Source: an uncultured Eubacteriales bacterium
GTDB lineage: Bacteria; Acidobacteriota; Aminicenantia; Aminicenantales; UBA8522
Direction: 5' to 3'
Assembly (NCBI GenBank): GCA_964353705.1
Contig: CAYGXD010000005.1
Coordinates: forward strand, 14,006 to 64,164
DNA length: 50,159 nt
Shown: positions 35,686-45,227 of the stretch, piece after piece
Position numbering within the stretch: the first letter of the stretch is position 1
Layout of the letters: each line of letters begins with the position of its first letter
The notes under the pieces: model-generated
The model's input: the letters and a program-made list of their open reading frames with translations, nothing else
Databases searched by the model: none
Told to the model about the DNA's origin: nothing
Position numbers and translations under genes: made by a program

Positions 35686-38448
35686 ATGATAAAATTCGGT
35701 AAGCAGCCGTGGGCTAGAGAGATTTTAATTGCCGTTCTTCTTGCTTGCGGACCCGTTTTTTGTCCCCGTTTGATTTTTGCAGCCGCCGTCCCTTCGGCCG
35801 GCAGCGGGAATTCCGGGGAGGCCGTTCGCAAGGCCCTCCTGAAAACGCACTCTCACCTATTGATCGAGAAAGGCATCTGCGATGAAAAAGGCCGGGAGAT
35901 CGACGCCCGGCTGGGGAATCTCATCGGGGAGGCTCAGTCAAAAGGTCTGACGACAGACAAACAGGTCCTCTCGGCGGTCCTCAAGGAGCTCAACTATTCG
36001 GCTTCGAACCTGGGCGGCTTTCCCGAATGCGCTTTTGACCGGCCGATCGGACACAAGCTGGCCTGGTATGGGAAGACCGTGTCCCCCGGGAATATCAACG
36101 GCCAGGCGGAAGGAAGCGCCTGCCCGGCGGGCGGAATCGGCTCCGGATCCTACGAATGGACGATGAGCGGCAATTTCCGCTATTGGTTCCTGAAGTGCGG
36201 CTGGATGGTCGATGACACGGTGTGGGCCAACCAGTTCCATGTCTTCATCAAGCAGGACGGTAAAACCGTTGTTCAGACGCTATCTACGGATGAGCCTCCC
36301 GATGGGGCCCTCCGGAGCTGGAAGTGGAAATACCCGGCGGGGAAAGGCAAGTACTACGCCCTTTTCCCCAAGTCCGGATTTTCTTACGAGGACAATGAGG
36401 ACTTCCCCGTCAAACTGGCTGTCACGCAGTTTTCTCCCATCATCCCTCACAATTACAAAGAGACGAGCTATCCCGTGGCGGTCTACAAGTGGGTCGCTGA
36501 AAATCCGTCCAGCCGGTCGGCTGAGGTCAGCGTCATGCTCACTTGGCAGAACATGATCGGGTGGGAACCGGTCTCCCGTTCCGCATCGGCCGACTTCAGC
36601 TGGGACAGGCAGAGCGGCGGCAACTTTAATGAATTTGTCCAGGAGGGCAGGGTGAAGGCCGTCGTATTCCGGAAAAAAGGGGGCGACCCCAAGACGGGAA
36701 ACGCCCTGACGGGCTCGATGGGCATAGCCGCGGCGGAGGTCCCTGGCCGGACGGAGGTCAGTTTCACCACGGATTTCGACCCGTCCGGCGACGGGGGCGA
36801 AATCTGGAAGACATTCGCCGTCGACGGCAGTCTCTCCGGCTTAACAGACTCACGCCAAGCCGCCCCGGGAGAAAGCCTGGCCGGAGCCATCGCCGTCAAA
36901 GTGAGACTTGGGCCGGGGCAACGGCTCGAATTCCCGGTCGCCGTCGCCTGGGATTTCCCTTACTACGAATTTGGCGAAGGGATCAAATACCTCAAGAAAT
37001 ACACGCAGTTCTGCGGTGCGGCCGGAGACCGGGCTTATGCCCTCGCCGCTGAAGCCCTGGACCGGTATTCAGATTGGGAAACGGCGATTGACAAATGGCA
37101 AGAGCCGGTAATCGAGGACCGGCGCCTTCCCGGCTGGCTGAAGCAGTCCCTGTTTAACGAACTCTATATTTTGGCCGAAACGAGCATCTGGGACGCCTCG
37201 ACCGACCTCCACACCTACCTCGAGAGCGCCGATTATCTCATGTACGGGACGTTCGACGTCGACTCCTACTGCTGGCACATCCTCAAGCTCTGGCCCGAGT
37301 TGGAGATGGGGAACATGCGCTTTTTCTCCCGGGCGGTGGAGTTCGTCGACCCGGCCTTCAAAACCTATCTGTATCCTACTGTATATAAGAATGAGGTGCC
37401 TGCCGACAAGATGCGCTATTACTGGAACAGCAACAAAGAATACGGCATGATGCCCCACGACATCGGCTCGCCGCGCCTCCGTCCCTGGGTCGTGCTCAAC
37501 GGTTTCGACTGGCAGAATGGGAACGTCTGGAAGGACCTGAACCCGAAGTTTCCGCTGCGTGCTTATAGGGATTTCCTGGCCACCGGCGCAAAGGACTACG
37601 GCTTCTTAGCTGAAGCCTTCCGGGCTTCTGTCGTCGCCTTGGACACGTTGGAAAAAAGGTTCGGCGACCCGGCTTCCCACATCCCTCTCAACGAGGGCAT
37701 CCCCGACCAGACCTACGACACCTGGAAGATGAAAGGGGAGAGCGCTTACATCACGATGCTCTGGCTGGCCGCCCTGAAATCGACCTCCGCGATGGGACAG
37801 CGGCTCGTCGACAGCAGCGTCTCGGAAATCAACAGTTCCGGCATCAGGCCTATCCTTGACAAATATCAATCCTGGTTTGAAGCCGGCCGCCGGGGCCTGC
37901 AGAAGCTCTGGAACGAACCCGGGGGCTATTTCAACATCGACGCCGCCACGGACGACATCATGGCCGATCAGCTCTTCGGCGTCTGGTATTCGGCGATGCT
38001 GGGCCTGGAAACTGACGAGGTCGGCCGGATCATCCCGCACGATCAGGCGGTCAGAGCCCTGCGCACCCTCTTCGAGAAAAACGTGCTCGGCTTCGGCCGC
38101 GGCTTGATGGGTGCCGTCAACGGCCGGAAGAAGGACGGCAGCCAGCTTGGCAGCCAGCAAGGGGATGAGGTCTGGGTGGGAACGGCCTATGCCCTGGCTG
38201 CCAACAGCGCTCTGCACGGGTTGCGAGAGGAAGCTATGCGGACCGCCTACGGGCTCTACCATGTGGTTTACAGCCCCTTGGGGCAGGGTTACTTCTTCAA
38301 GACCCCCGAAGCCTACCTGGATCCGGATGAACCCGTCTGGAACAACCCGGCGGTGAAAAACGGCGACCGCCTGTTCCGGGCCATGAAGTATATGCGACCC
38401 GGAGCGGTCTGGGCCCTCTACGAATCCCTGTTGAAAATCGGTCCCTGA
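35686..38448 (+). CDS. GH116 glycoside hydrolase (GBA2-like), exported
   Basis: GGIGSG, FSPIIPHNYKETSYPV, LFNELY, YLES...TFDVDSY, PHDIG, WKDLNPKF, PDQTYDTW, MADQLFG, EVWVG, FKTPEAY, YMRP. Confidence 0.87.
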   Translation: MIKFGKQPWAREILIAVLLACGPVFCPRLIFAAAVPSAGSGNSGEAVRKALLKTHSHLLIEKGICDEKGREIDARLGNLIGEAQSKGLTTDKQVLSAVLKELNYSASNLGGFPECAFDRPIGHKLAWYGKTVSPGNINGQAEGSACPAGGIGSGSYEWTMSGNFRYWFLKCGWMVDDTVWANQFHVFIKQDGKTVVQTLSTDEPPDGALRSWKWKYPAGKGKYYALFPKSGFSYEDNEDFPVKLAVTQFSPIIPHNYKETSYPVAVYKWVAENPSSRSAEVSVMLTWQNMIGWEPVSRSASADFSWDRQSGGNFNEFVQEGRVKAVVFRKKGGDPKTGNALTGSMGIAAAEVPGRTEVSFTTDFDPSGDGGEIWKTFAVDGSLSGLTDSRQAAPGESLAGAIAVKVRLGPGQRLEFPVAVAWDFPYYEFGEGIKYLKKYTQFCGAAGDRAYALAAEALDRYSDWETAIDKWQEPVIEDRRLPGWLKQSLFNELYILAETSIWDASTDLHTYLESADYLMYGTFDVDSYCWHILKLWPELEMGNMRFFSRAVEFVDPAFKTYLYPTVYKNEVPADKMRYYWNSNKEYGMMPHDIGSPRLRPWVVLNGFDWQNGNVWKDLNPKFPLRAYRDFLATGAKDYGFLAEAFRASVVALDTLEKRFGDPASHIPLNEGIPDQTYDTWKMKGESAYITMLWLAALKSTSAMGQRLVDSSVSEINSSGIRPILDKYQSWFEAGRRGLQKLWNEPGGYFNIDAATDDIMADQLFGVWYSAMLGLETDEVGRIIPHDQAVRALRTLFEKNVLGFGRGLMGAVNGRKKDGSQLGSQQGDEVWVGTAYALAANSALHGLREEAMRTAYGLYHVVYSPLGQGYFFKTPEAYLDPDEPVWNNPAVKNGDRLFRAMKYMRPGAVWALYESLLKIGP

Positions 38449-38479
38449 CGCGTTATCTTAGTAAATCAGGGCTCGGGAT

Positions 38480-40819
38480 TTGAAAACGACACGGAGAGTC
38501 ATTGCGGTCGCCGCCGGCTGTTTATTGGTGGGGGTATGCCTATGGCTGTTCCTCCGGCCTGAGAGGGAGGTGGCCGGGAAGGTCGCGGACCTGTGGTCCA
38601 GGGCAGGTGTCGATAATCCCAACGTCATCCTGATCACGCTTGATACAACCCGGGCGGACCATATCGGCTGCTATGGATCCCCGGGAGCAAAGACTCCCCG
38701 CCTCGATGCTCTGGCCGGGAAGGGAATTCTCTTTGAGCAGGCCGCCACGTCCTCCCCGTTAACGCTTCCGGCCCACTGCTCCATTCTGACGGGCATGTAC
38801 CCGACCTACCACAATGTCCGGATCAATGGGAACACGGCCTTGAGCGAGGAACAGACCACGATCGCCGAGATCCTTTCGGCGAAGGGCTACGAGTGCGGAG
38901 CTTTTATCGGCGCCTTTGTTCTGGACGGCCGCTGGGGACTCAAACAAGGGTTCGAGCACTACGATGACCAGTTCGACCTGAAAAAGTACAAGCACGTCGA
39001 CTTGGGTGCCATCCAAAGGCCGGGAAATCAGGTTATGGACGCCGCTCTGAGCTGGCTGGAGGGCCGGAAGGGCAAGTCGTTTTTCGCTTGGATTCATCTT
39101 TACGACCCGCACACCCCGTATGAGCCTCCAGAGCCCTACCGCTCGGAGTTCGGCCCCCGGGGCCTCGCCGGACTCTACGACGGCGAGATCGCTTTCCTGG
39201 ATGAGCAGATCGGGCGATGCGTCGATTGGCTGGAGAATAACGGCCTGAACAAAAATACGATCCTTGTGTTGATCGGCGACCATGGGGAAGGACTGGGAAG
39301 CCATGGCGAGGGAACGCACGGTTATTTTATCTACGATTACGCCGTCCATGTTCCTTTTATCGTGGTCACGCCGTTTGAGCGGCTGCGGGGAGTCCGCGTT
39401 TCTTCCCAGGTCCGGGCCGTCGATGTTTTTCCGACCCTGCTGGAGTTGGCCGGGACGGAGCCGGCGGCTCAATCCCAGGGCCGGTCGCTCGTCCGCCTGA
39501 TGTTTCAGCCGTCGAAAAGAGAAGAAGGGTACGCCTACGCGGAATCCATGACTCCCAGCCTCCAATTCGGCTGGAGCCCCCTTCATTCGCTGAGGACGCC
39601 CCGCTATAAATATATCGATTCACCGAGGGCCGAGCTCTATGATCTTGCCCAGGATTCCGATGAACAGACAAACCTCTACGAGGGTAACCTCGGCTTAGTC
39701 AGGGAAATGAAGGCCGAGCTGGAGCGTCTCATGGCCGAGACGAGCCGGGGCGCGCCGACTCCCCAGGCGGCCAACCTGGATAAAGAGACCATGGAAAGGC
39801 TGTCCGCGCTGGGGTACATAGGAGCTCCGGTTTCGGCGAAAAAACCGGCGGGGCGAGGGCCTCTTGCTGATCCCAAGGACAAGCTGGCTGTTTTCCAGGC
39901 CGTTACGGCGGCCGGAGAAATGGTGTTGGAAGAAAAATATGCCGAAGCCGCAGCCCGGATCGAGTCGGCACTCCGGGAGGAGCCGATGATCCCCCAGGCC
40001 CTGCTGGTTCTGTCCACTTGTTATGTCGAGCTGGGGAGAAGCGAGGAGGCGAAAGTCCAGCTTGAGCTCATACTGAAAGAGGACCCGGAGAGCATTCCGG
40101 CCTTGATCAGCATGGCCAATATTCTGCTCGAGGAACGGAAGAACGAAGATGTCATCGCTCTCTGCAAACGGACACTCTCTCTGGACGAGCGGAATACGCA
40201 GGCGCAGATGCTCATCGGCGAGGTTTTACTGGGAGAGCTGAAGTACGGCGAAGCGCTGCCTTACTTGGAGAGAACGGTGGAGATCCAGCCGAAAATTCTC
40301 CGGAGCCGCCTCACCCTGGGAGCCTGCCTCGTGGGCCTCAAACAGTATGATCGGGCGGAGGCAGAGCTCAAACAGGTCATCCAGGAATCTCCGAAGTTTC
40401 CCCTGGCCCTTTTTAACCTGGGGGTTCTCTACGAAGAGCAGGGGAGGCTCGAAGAGGCGCGGGCGGCCTATGCCGAGGAAGTCGCCGCGTATCCCGGGGA
40501 GTTTAAAGCCCGGTTCAACCTGGGGAAGCTTCTTTTCAAGCTCGGAGACAGGGCCGGTTCCCTGGAGCAGATGCGGGAAGTGGTCCAGCTCACGCCCAAA
40601 TTGGCGGAGGGCCATCTCCTTCTTGCCCGCGGCCTGCTCCATGAAAGTGTTCCGCTCGACGAGATCCAGGCGGAAGTCGAGACGGGCCTCTCCCTGGCTG
40701 AGACAGCGGAGCTCAAAGCCCTTGGCTACTTTCTTCTGGCCGATATCTTCAACCGCCGGCACGAGCCGGAAAAAATGAACGAGGCCTTGAGAAAAGCCAA
40801 TTCTTTCAAAACCAAATAG
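38480..40819 (+). CDS. Membrane-anchored alkaline-phosphatase-superfamily (sulfatase-like) hydrolase/transferase with C-terminal TPR array
   Basis: N-terminal TM; PNVILITLDTTRAD; PLTLPAH at the nucleophile site; HLYDPH; GDHGE; multiple TPRs. Confidence 0.85.
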   Translation: MKTTRRVIAVAAGCLLVGVCLWLFLRPEREVAGKVADLWSRAGVDNPNVILITLDTTRADHIGCYGSPGAKTPRLDALAGKGILFEQAATSSPLTLPAHCSILTGMYPTYHNVRINGNTALSEEQTTIAEILSAKGYECGAFIGAFVLDGRWGLKQGFEHYDDQFDLKKYKHVDLGAIQRPGNQVMDAALSWLEGRKGKSFFAWIHLYDPHTPYEPPEPYRSEFGPRGLAGLYDGEIAFLDEQIGRCVDWLENNGLNKNTILVLIGDHGEGLGSHGEGTHGYFIYDYAVHVPFIVVTPFERLRGVRVSSQVRAVDVFPTLLELAGTEPAAQSQGRSLVRLMFQPSKREEGYAYAESMTPSLQFGWSPLHSLRTPRYKYIDSPRAELYDLAQDSDEQTNLYEGNLGLVREMKAELERLMAETSRGAPTPQAANLDKETMERLSALGYIGAPVSAKKPAGRGPLADPKDKLAVFQAVTAAGEMVLEEKYAEAAARIESALREEPMIPQALLVLSTCYVELGRSEEAKVQLELILKEDPESIPALISMANILLEERKNEDVIALCKRTLSLDERNTQAQMLIGEVLLGELKYGEALPYLERTVEIQPKILRSRLTLGACLVGLKQYDRAEAELKQVIQESPKFPLALFNLGVLYEEQGRLEEARAAYAEEVAAYPGEFKARFNLGKLLFKLGDRAGSLEQMREVVQLTPKLAEGHLLLARGLLHESVPLDEIQAEVETGLSLAETAELKALGYFLLADIFNRRHEPEKMNEALRKANSFKTK

Positions 40820-40825
40820 GAGTTC

Positions 40826-41788
40826 ATGATGAGACATCCCACTCGGCGGGCGTTTCTGATCCTGGTCATGCTCTCCGTCCTGGCCCAGTCATATCCTGCT
40901 TACGGCCAGTACCGCGAGTACAATTTTTACGGTCAAGTGATCGACATCTATAAGAATCCGCTCCCGGGCGTGGATATCACTCTCCGGGATGTCTGGACGA
41001 GCCGCAGCTACAGCTTCAAAACTAACGCCAAGGGCGAGTTCAGGTTTGCCGGATTGCCCCACGGGGTTTATACGGTCGTCTTTAAAAAAGACGGCTACGC
41101 CATAAAAGAGGATGAATGGCGGTTTGAATCGCCCCAGGAGACCATGCAGAAAGTGGAGATCCCCCCGGTCACGCTTGTTTCCCGGGAGCAGGTCCAGGAA
41201 GCGCAGCGTCTGAAGGACATGCAGGGTGTCGTCAAAGAGGCGGCCGACAAGATCGGCCAGAAGGATTATGACGGGGCAGTCGCCCTCCTCAAAGGGGCGC
41301 TGGAACAGAACCCCAAGGACGTCAATGCGCTCTATCTTCTGGGGCTCAGTTACGGCAGGAAAAAGATGCTACCGGAAGCGATCGACGCCTTAACTCGGGT
41401 TATCCAATCCAGCCCGAAGTTCCCGCCCGCCTATTTCGAATTGGCCGTCTGTTATCAGCAGCAGAACGAGCTCGACAAGGCCCTCGAGTTCTACGGGAAA
41501 ACCATGGAATTGGACCCCAACAACCCGGACGCCGCCTACAATTCCGGCCTGATCCTTTTCGGGCAGAGCCGGATGGATGAAGCCCTGGTTTTCTTTGAGA
41601 AGGCCCTGATCCTGAGGCCGGATGACGCCGTTTACCTGGAGATGGCGGGGAGATGCTACATCAACCAGGCCGATTATGAAAAAGCCATAGCCTGTTTTGA
41701 AAAAGCGAAAGCAGGATCTACGGATCCGGAGAGGATAAAATTCCTGGATGACTTGATCTCCAAGTTGAAGGAACAGGTCAAAAAATAG
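40826..41788 (+). CDS. Exported carboxypeptidase-regulatory-like domain plus TPR protein
   Basis: Signal peptide; GQVID...PLPGV...TNAKGEFRFAGLPHGVY...GY; several TPRs. Confidence 0.8.
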   Translation: MMRHPTRRAFLILVMLSVLAQSYPAYGQYREYNFYGQVIDIYKNPLPGVDITLRDVWTSRSYSFKTNAKGEFRFAGLPHGVYTVVFKKDGYAIKEDEWRFESPQETMQKVEIPPVTLVSREQVQEAQRLKDMQGVVKEAADKIGQKDYDGAVALLKGALEQNPKDVNALYLLGLSYGRKKMLPEAIDALTRVIQSSPKFPPAYFELAVCYQQQNELDKALEFYGKTMELDPNNPDAAYNSGLILFGQSRMDEALVFFEKALILRPDDAVYLEMAGRCYINQADYEKAIACFEKAKAGSTDPERIKFLDDLISKLKEQVKK

Positions 41789-41810
41789 GCTGTGCCCCCA
41801 TCGGGGATCG

Positions 41811-41843
41811 GGGCTTGACAAGCCCAACCATTAGTTATATCTA
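41811..41843 (+). promoter_or_regulatory. Candidate promoter of the TBDT with a palindrome over the -35 box
   Basis: GGGCTTG-A-CAAGCCC perfect IR (41811-41825) containing TTGACA; AT-rich -10 region follows. Confidence 0.45.
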
Positions 41844-42013
41844 TTTTTGTAGAGTAATACGATTCGGGCTATTAAAACTTCATGCGAATCAAAAAAATGA
41901 CGCCTGAAGGGAGGGAGAATCGGAAGAGAAGTCTAATTGGATGACTGAGGGTTGTTTCTGCCGGGGCATCCGGGAGAAACAGGGTTTGAGGCAAGATTTA
42001 TAAAGGAGGGACG

Positions 42014-45000
42014 ATGCAAAGGATCAACAAGATTTTTCTTGGTATCTGTTTCCTCGCTCTCTGCCTTGCCGCTGTCAGCGTGCACCCTGTTTGGGCGCAG
42101 TCCGTTCTCGAGGGCAAAATCACGGGAACGGTTAGTGACGATAGGGGTGAGCTGCTTCCCGGTGCAACTGTGGAACTCACGGGCCCCAGCATCATGGGCA
42201 AGCGCTCTGCGTTCACGACGGCGAAAGGCGCTTTCGTTTTTCTCAATGTGCCTCCCGGGAAATTCAGGCTCGCCGTTTCTCTGGCGGGGTTCAAGAGCTA
42301 TGCCCAGGAAGACGTCATCCTCACCGCGGGCAGCACGGTCGAGCTCAAAGTGATCATGGAGCTGGGGGCGATCGAGGAACAGGTGACTGTCGTTGCGCAA
42401 AGCCCGATCGTCGACGTCAAGACCTCGACGGTCGATTCCCGGATAGAAAACGAGATGCTGAACAAACTGCCGACCACTCGCGACGCGTTCTATGACTTGT
42501 CCTTGACGACCCCGGGCATGTTCGATGTCGGGAGTTCCGCCGGCTGGCTCCCCAGCCCGACGGCTTACGGCGGCTCCAGCATGGAGAATGTCTTCCTGGT
42601 AAACGGCGTCAACACGACCAACCCCCGGGGCGCGGCCTTCGGGCCTCTTGTCAAAGTCAATTACAACGCCGTCGAAGAGGTCCGGGTGGTATCCATCGGC
42701 GCCAGAGCGGAATACGGGAGCTATTCCGGCGCGGCGATCGATGTTTTGACCAGGTCGGGCAGCAACACTTTCCACGGCAACGCGGCCTTCTATACGGAGA
42801 TGAAGGACTGGTTCCAGACCAACCAGCCCCCCGACGGCCCGATCCCGAACAGCAACTGGCTTTTTGTCCAGCCGGGAGACGTCCTTGCCGGCACGACCAA
42901 AACCAACTGGGAAGGGAACTTCACCCTGGGCGGGCCCATCCTCAGGGACAAGGTCTGGTTCTTCGCGGCCGCTGATTATGTCCGCAATGACACCCTGCCG
43001 GTTAATTGGAGCCGGCTCAATACCTACACGGGCCGGTATTTTGACGGCAAGATCTCGGCCGAACCCTTCCGGAACAACCGGGCCTGGGTGAACTATCACT
43101 ACGAACACAACAGCAGCATGGGCTGGAGCTGGGGCACGGAGCCGGAATGGGATACGACGATGACCTACGGCCCCGAGACCTACAACAACACGCTTTCCGC
43201 CCAGTGGCAGTACATGCCCACGAGCACCATGATCTTCACGGCCAAGTACCTGGGATTCTGGACCGACGACCAGCCCCAGATCCCGACGGAGGGCGCGCTC
43301 GGCCATCCCGGCTACATCAACTGGTGGAAGTGGAATTCGACTTACGGGATAAACGGCGACTTCCCCTACGTCGAAGCCCAGAAGTCCAACCGCCAGACCA
43401 TTCAGGCGGACATGTCCTATTACGCCGAAGACTTTCTCGGGCAGCACGACATCAAGTTCGGGGTTCAATACACCAAAGGCCGGGGCAACTGGCAGGGCGG
43501 CTATTTCCAGAATTACGCCAATTTCACCTACCCCTTGGGCGGCTGGTGGGGTTACTACGAAGGCCTCGGGTATGCCATCTGGGCCCTCAAAACCCAGACC
43601 TGGTACTACGGCAACGCCTTCGAGGACGGCCTGCTCTTTTACAACAACAAGACCGAGATGAACCCGTTCCTGACGGTACGGACCGCGGACTCGCTGGGGT
43701 TCTTCATCGATGACCAGTGGTCGCCGACCGACCGTCTGACCTTGAACCTCGGCCTCCGCTACGACCGGATGACGACGAAGTACGATGTGGGCAAGGTCTA
43801 TGAGTATGTCAACAGTCCCGAAGAGATCAACGGCCCGCCTCCTGTAGTTCGCGACCGGGCGGGGAGCGACAACATCTTCGATTTCAAGACTTTGTCTCCG
43901 CGCGTCGGCCTCACCTACCAGTTGACCGGGGACGGCAAGACCGTTTTCCGGGCGAACTACGGACGCTACTACATGCCGCTTTCCGTGGAATACCTCCGCC
44001 GGTTCGGACCGGATATGCAGTTGACGAACCTGTACTATGAGATCTACATGGTTCCCTGGGACATCGCCGATGCCAACGGTGACGGCTACATCTACCAGTA
44101 CGGCAACGACGACGTGAACGAGCTCAGAGGGGCGGTCCGGGCCATCTATGGAACGGATCCCATCGACGTGCGGAAGGACTCGTATGATCCGTCCTGGACG
44201 CTCAACGTCGCGGACGGCGTCAAAGACATGTACACGGACCAGATCTCGATCAACGTCGAGAGGGAACTCGTCAAGGACTTCTCGGTCAGCGGAACCTATA
44301 TCTACAAGCACGCCGCCAATATGTATGTCAACGTTCCCATCAACAGGGAGACCGGCCTGGAATGGGAATACGAGAGGATTCCCTTTACGACGGAATCGGG
44401 GCAGGTCGTCGACCTCTACAGCATCAAGTGGGAGGACTACGACGGCAACGGTGTCATCGACAATGCCGACATCAACTGGCAAGGCACCCACAGCGACTAT
44501 CGCGTCGAGAACATGCAGACCTACGATGGAGTAAAGCCCCAGAGGACCTATCAGGCCGCGCAGGTGGTCTTCAACAAGAGGTATTCCAACCGCTGGCAGG
44601 GTCTGGCCTCGGTCGTCTATTCCTGGTCGGACGGCACGGCCCAGCGGACCATGCGGCAGAACGACAACATGATGGGCCCGATGGTCACCGACGACAACTG
44701 GATGGGCACTCTCAATTACACGATCAACAACATGGGAGGGGTGCTGCCGTTCGTTCCCAAGTGGGAGTTCAAATTTTCAGGATCCTACACCGTTCCCTAT
44801 GTCGAGCTCGACCTGGGTGTCCGTTTCCGGTATCACACGGGCCGTCCCCTCTGGAAACTGGAGAACTATCCCGTCCGCAGCCAGTACGGCGGGATTGAAG
44901 GATCCGTCATCAGCGGCGGACTCAACCGCATCGTCGGCAGCGTGGAGCCAACCGAATACATGCCGGTCCTCTCCGTCTTCGATCTCAGGGTGGAAAAAGC

Positions 45001-45163
45001 GTTCAAGATCAGCAAGTACGGCGATCTCCATGTCGTGCTCGACACCCTCAACCTCTTCAACAGGGCGAACGTGACGAACGCCGAATACGCCGGGCTATGG
45101 GGCCGGGTCACGGGTATCACAGACGCCCGCCGGTTCCGGTTCAGCCTGATGTTCCAGTTCTAA
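42014..45163 (+). CDS. TonB-dependent outer-membrane transporter (Oar/CarboxypepD_reg type)
   Basis: Signal peptide; N-terminal ITGTVSD...LPGATV; plug EEQVTV...TPG...NGVN...AEYG; barrel DQW...LTLNLGLRYD...SPRVG; C-terminal Phe; SD AAAGGAGG. Confidence 0.92.
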   Translation: MQRINKIFLGICFLALCLAAVSVHPVWAQSVLEGKITGTVSDDRGELLPGATVELTGPSIMGKRSAFTTAKGAFVFLNVPPGKFRLAVSLAGFKSYAQEDVILTAGSTVELKVIMELGAIEEQVTVVAQSPIVDVKTSTVDSRIENEMLNKLPTTRDAFYDLSLTTPGMFDVGSSAGWLPSPTAYGGSSMENVFLVNGVNTTNPRGAAFGPLVKVNYNAVEEVRVVSIGARAEYGSYSGAAIDVLTRSGSNTFHGNAAFYTEMKDWFQTNQPPDGPIPNSNWLFVQPGDVLAGTTKTNWEGNFTLGGPILRDKVWFFAAADYVRNDTLPVNWSRLNTYTGRYFDGKISAEPFRNNRAWVNYHYEHNSSMGWSWGTEPEWDTTMTYGPETYNNTLSAQWQYMPTSTMIFTAKYLGFWTDDQPQIPTEGALGHPGYINWWKWNSTYGINGDFPYVEAQKSNRQTIQADMSYYAEDFLGQHDIKFGVQYTKGRGNWQGGYFQNYANFTYPLGGWWGYYEGLGYAIWALKTQTWYYGNAFEDGLLFYNNKTEMNPFLTVRTADSLGFFIDDQWSPTDRLTLNLGLRYDRMTTKYDVGKVYEYVNSPEEINGPPPVVRDRAGSDNIFDFKTLSPRVGLTYQLTGDGKTVFRANYGRYYMPLSVEYLRRFGPDMQLTNLYYEIYMVPWDIADANGDGYIYQYGNDDVNELRGAVRAIYGTDPIDVRKDSYDPSWTLNVADGVKDMYTDQISINVERELVKDFSVSGTYIYKHAANMYVNVPINRETGLEWEYERIPFTTESGQVVDLYSIKWEDYDGNGVIDNADINWQGTHSDYRVENMQTYDGVKPQRTYQAAQVVFNKRYSNRWQGLASVVYSWSDGTAQRTMRQNDNMMGPMVTDDNWMGTLNYTINNMGGVLPFVPKWEFKFSGSYTVPYVELDLGVRFRYHTGRPLWKLENYPVRSQYGGIEGSVISGGLNRIVGSVEPTEYMPVLSVFDLRVEKAFKISKYGDLHVVLDTLNLFNRANVTNAEYAGLWGRVTGITDARRFRFSLMFQF

Positions 45164-45186
45164 GCAGAAACACGTCTTCGATCTCC

Positions 45187-45224
45187 AGAGCCTGGAGGGC
45201 AGAAGCCCTCCAGGCTCTTTTCTT
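45187..45224 (+). terminator. Intrinsic terminator-like or mRNA-stabilising hairpin
   Basis: 14-bp perfect stem AGAGCCTGGAGGGC-AGAA-GCCCTCCAGGCTCT followed by TTTCTT. Confidence 0.75.
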
Positions 45225-45227
45225 ATC

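Noticed and set aside
41933-44491. 852-aa antisense ORF opposite the TBDT, and similar long shadow ORFs (28816-30486, 17817-19118, 3005-4234, 4396-5490, 45234-46340)
   Set aside because: They overlap well-supported genes on the other strand, have V/G/P/R-biased composition and no recognisable motifs; long stop-free antisense frames are expected with high-GC codon usage
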